NCBI GenBank assembly: GCA_010032875.1
Contig: RGSB01000002.1
Span: 11,546 to 75,545 of the forward strand
Direction of reading: 5' to 3'
Source: Actinomycetota bacterium
Lineage (GTDB): Bacteria; Actinomycetota; Actinomycetes; Nanopelagicales; Nanopelagicaceae
Length of the DNA stretch: 64,000 nucleotides
Every line of letters starts with the position of its first letter. Position 1 is the first letter of the stretch. The translations under genes were made by a program, and so were the position numbers. Below are positions 62,185 to 64,000 of this stretch, piece after piece. Under the pieces are notes generated by a model, which was not told the DNA's origin, did not search any database, and worked only from the letters and a program-made list of their open reading frames with translations.

Positions 62185-64000
62185 TTCAATATCTTCTTGG
62201 CTGTGGCTACTACGTTCTCCACGGTAAATCCGAACTCTTTAAAGAGTATGTTTGCTCCCGCAGAGGCGCCGTAATGTTCTAGTGAAACGCAGGCTCCTTG
62301 ATCACCTACGTATTCTCGCCATCCTTGTGCGATTCCAGCTTCAATACTAACCCGGGCTTTTATTGAAGGAGGAAGTATTTGATCTTTGTAACTCTGAGTT
62401 TGTTCGTTAAACCATTCGAAACAAGGAATGCTGACAACGCGGGTTGGGATACCTAACCTTTCCAATTCATCAGCACTTTGCACGGCCAATGCAACTTCAG
62501 AACCAGTTGCCATCAAAATTAGAACAGGAGTTGAAGTTGCCTCCTTGAATACATAGCCGCCTCGCGCAACACCATCTACTGATCCAAATTTTGTGCGATC
62601 AAAGACTGGAAGATTTTGGCGCGACAAAAGCATGCCGCAAGCCTTCTTGCGTTCAATAATTATTCGCCATGCAGCAGCGACTTCATTCGCATCAGCAGGT
62701 CGTATGACATCAAAATCAGGTATTGCGCGAAGTGCGGCGAAGTGTTCAACGGGTTGGTGAGTTGGTCCGTCTTCACCTAAACCAATCGAATCATGAGTCC
62801 ATACAAAAATAGATGGCAGCTTCATCAGGGCTGCTAAACGAACTGCTGGTCGCATGTAATCACTGAAAACTGCGAAGGTACCTCCAAATGCTTTTGTTAA
62901 TCCACTCAGAGCAATTCCATTAAGAATTGATCCCATGGCATGTTCTCTTATGCCGAAGTGGATTACACGTCCATATGGGTTTGCGTTCTTCATCTGACTC
63001 TGTGATGGCAGAAATGATCCGCCATTCTCAATCGTCGTATTATTGCTTCCAGCTAAATCTGCGGAACCACCCCACATTTCTGGCAGTTTTTTAGCTAAAG
63101 CATTTATGACATCACCTGATGCCTTTCGTGTTGCTACATCTTTTCCAGATTCAAAAGTGGGAATTAATGAATCCCAATCTTTTGGAAGCTCACCGGAGAT
63201 AATCCTTGAGAGCAGTCGAGCGTTCTCTGGATTCTGCTTCTCCCAATCCTTAAATTTTTCATTCCACATTGCATGTTTTTGCGCGCCGCGCTCTTTCACT
63301 AATCGAGCGTGCTGAAGTAAGTCACTCGGAAAGGCAAAGTGTTCTTCCGGGTTTAAACCTAACTCCTTTTTAGTTGCCGCTATTTCTTCGATTCCTAAAG
63401 CAGAACCATGCGATTCAGCGGTTCCACGCGCGTTAGGCGCCGGCCAAGCAATAACACTCTTTAGTCTTATGAGAGTTGGTCGTTCTAAATTTTTCGTGGC
63501 AGTAGTCATCGCTTTATCTAAAGCAACTAAATCAACATCGCCGTTAGATTTAGCAGGTACTTCAATTACTTCCCATCCATAAGCGCGGTATCGCGCACTG
63601 ACATCTTCTGTAAATGCGACGTGGGTGTCGCCTTCGATTGATATTCGATTATCGTCATAAATAACATTGAGATTTCCAAGCAGTTGTGTGCCAGCAAGTG
63701 ATGCTGCTTCACTGCTCACACCTTCTTGCAGATCTCCATCTGAACAAATAACCCATATGCGATGATCAAATAGAGATGATCCATCTGTTGTCGTTGGATC
63801 AAATAAGCCTCGTTCATATCGCGCAGCCATTGCCATACCTACTGCAGTTGAAACTCCTTGGCCCAAGGGACCAGTTGTCATCTCAACTCCAAGAGTGTGT
63901 CCATATTCGGGGTGACCTGGAGTCAATGATCCCCAGGTACGAAACTCCTGCAGATCTTTCATTTCTAATCCATAACCGCTAAGAAAAAGTTGCGTATACA
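62181..64000 (-). CDS. tkt: Transketolase, 5' end outside the window
   Basis: The frame stays open upstream of the tracked Met (..YTQLFLSGYGLEMKDLQEFRTWGS..). It has HPE, GEDGPTHQP and the C-terminal domain. Confidence 0.96.
   Translation of the reverse strand, partial: YTQLFLSGYGLEMKDLQEFRTWGSLTPGHPEYGHTLGVEMTTGPLGQGVSTAVGMAMAARYERGLFDPTTTDGSSLFDHRIWVICSDGDLQEGVSSEAASLAGTQLLGNLNVIYDDNRISIEGDTHVAFTEDVSARYRAYGWEVIEVPAKSNGDVDLVALDKAMTTATKNLERPTLIRLKSVIAWPAPNARGTAESHGSALGIEEIAATKKELGLNPEEHFAFPSDLLQHARLVKERGAQKHAMWNEKFKDWEKQNPENARLLSRIISGELPKDWDSLIPTFESGKDVATRKASGDVINALAKKLPEMWGGSADLAGSNNTTIENGGSFLPSQSQMKNANPYGRVIHFGIREHAMGSILNGIALSGLTKAFGGTFAVFSDYMRPAVRLAALMKLPSIFVWTHDSIGLGEDGPTHQPVEHFAALRAIPDFDVIRPADANEVAAAWRIIIERKKACGMLLSRQNLPVFDRTKFGSVDGVARGGYVFKEATSTPVLILMATGSEVALAVQSADELERLGIPTRVVSIPCFEWFNEQTQSYKDQILPPSIKARVSIEAGIAQGWREYVGDQGACVSLEHYGASAGANILFKEFGFTVENVVATAKKILK

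Overview
This window reads as a very compact, syntenic core-chromosome segment of a low-GC actinobacterium, roughly 45-48% GC by eye. The gene order matches the conserved Streptomyces/Mycobacterium backbone. Combined with the low GC and near-zero intergenic spacing, that suggests a genome-streamlined lineage such as freshwater acI/Nanopelagicales-like Actinobacteria; this taxonomic placement is inference only.

Gene order:
- dcw-cluster tail: murC(partial)-ftsQ-ftsZ-pgeF-yggS-sepF-yggT, then convergent ileS.
- ddbA-like H1/DksA gene-lspA-rluD-dnaE.
- hisDCBH-priA-hisFI fused directly to trpE-(57 aa ORF)-trpCBA.
- mauE/doxX-like-dsbA-like-lgt-VIT1-gltBD-pyk.
- one tRNA, then an ANTAR response regulator (pdtaR-like) and livKHMGF.
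- thioesterase (reverse strand), polA, MFS transporter (reverse strand).
- rpsA-coaE-uvrB-uvrA-uvrC-rapZ-yvcK-whiA-gap-pgk-tpiA-secG-rbpA.
- convergent pgi-tal-tkt(partial).

I count about 57 protein genes and 1 tRNA. I see no transposases, integrases, CRISPR arrays, prophage, toxin-antitoxin, restriction or other defence genes, and no secondary-metabolite genes. I did not find convincing evidence for a novel multi-gene system; the region looks like housekeeping DNA.

Observations worth a second look:
1. A 73-nt tRNA has the Leu anticodon CAA but only a 5-nt variable loop.
2. That tRNA ends 1 nt before the start codon of the ANTAR regulator.
3. An SD-sequestering helix lies in the leader of the adjacent liv operon.
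4. IleRS has an in-frame loss of about 55-60 aa just after the CP1 editing-site motifs.
5. An untracked 57-aa membrane ORF is translationally coupled between trpE and trpC.
6. divIVA is absent from its syntenic slot.
7. Three convergent gene pairs share overlapping stop codons.

All functional calls rest on motifs I recognise and on synteny. No searches were run.
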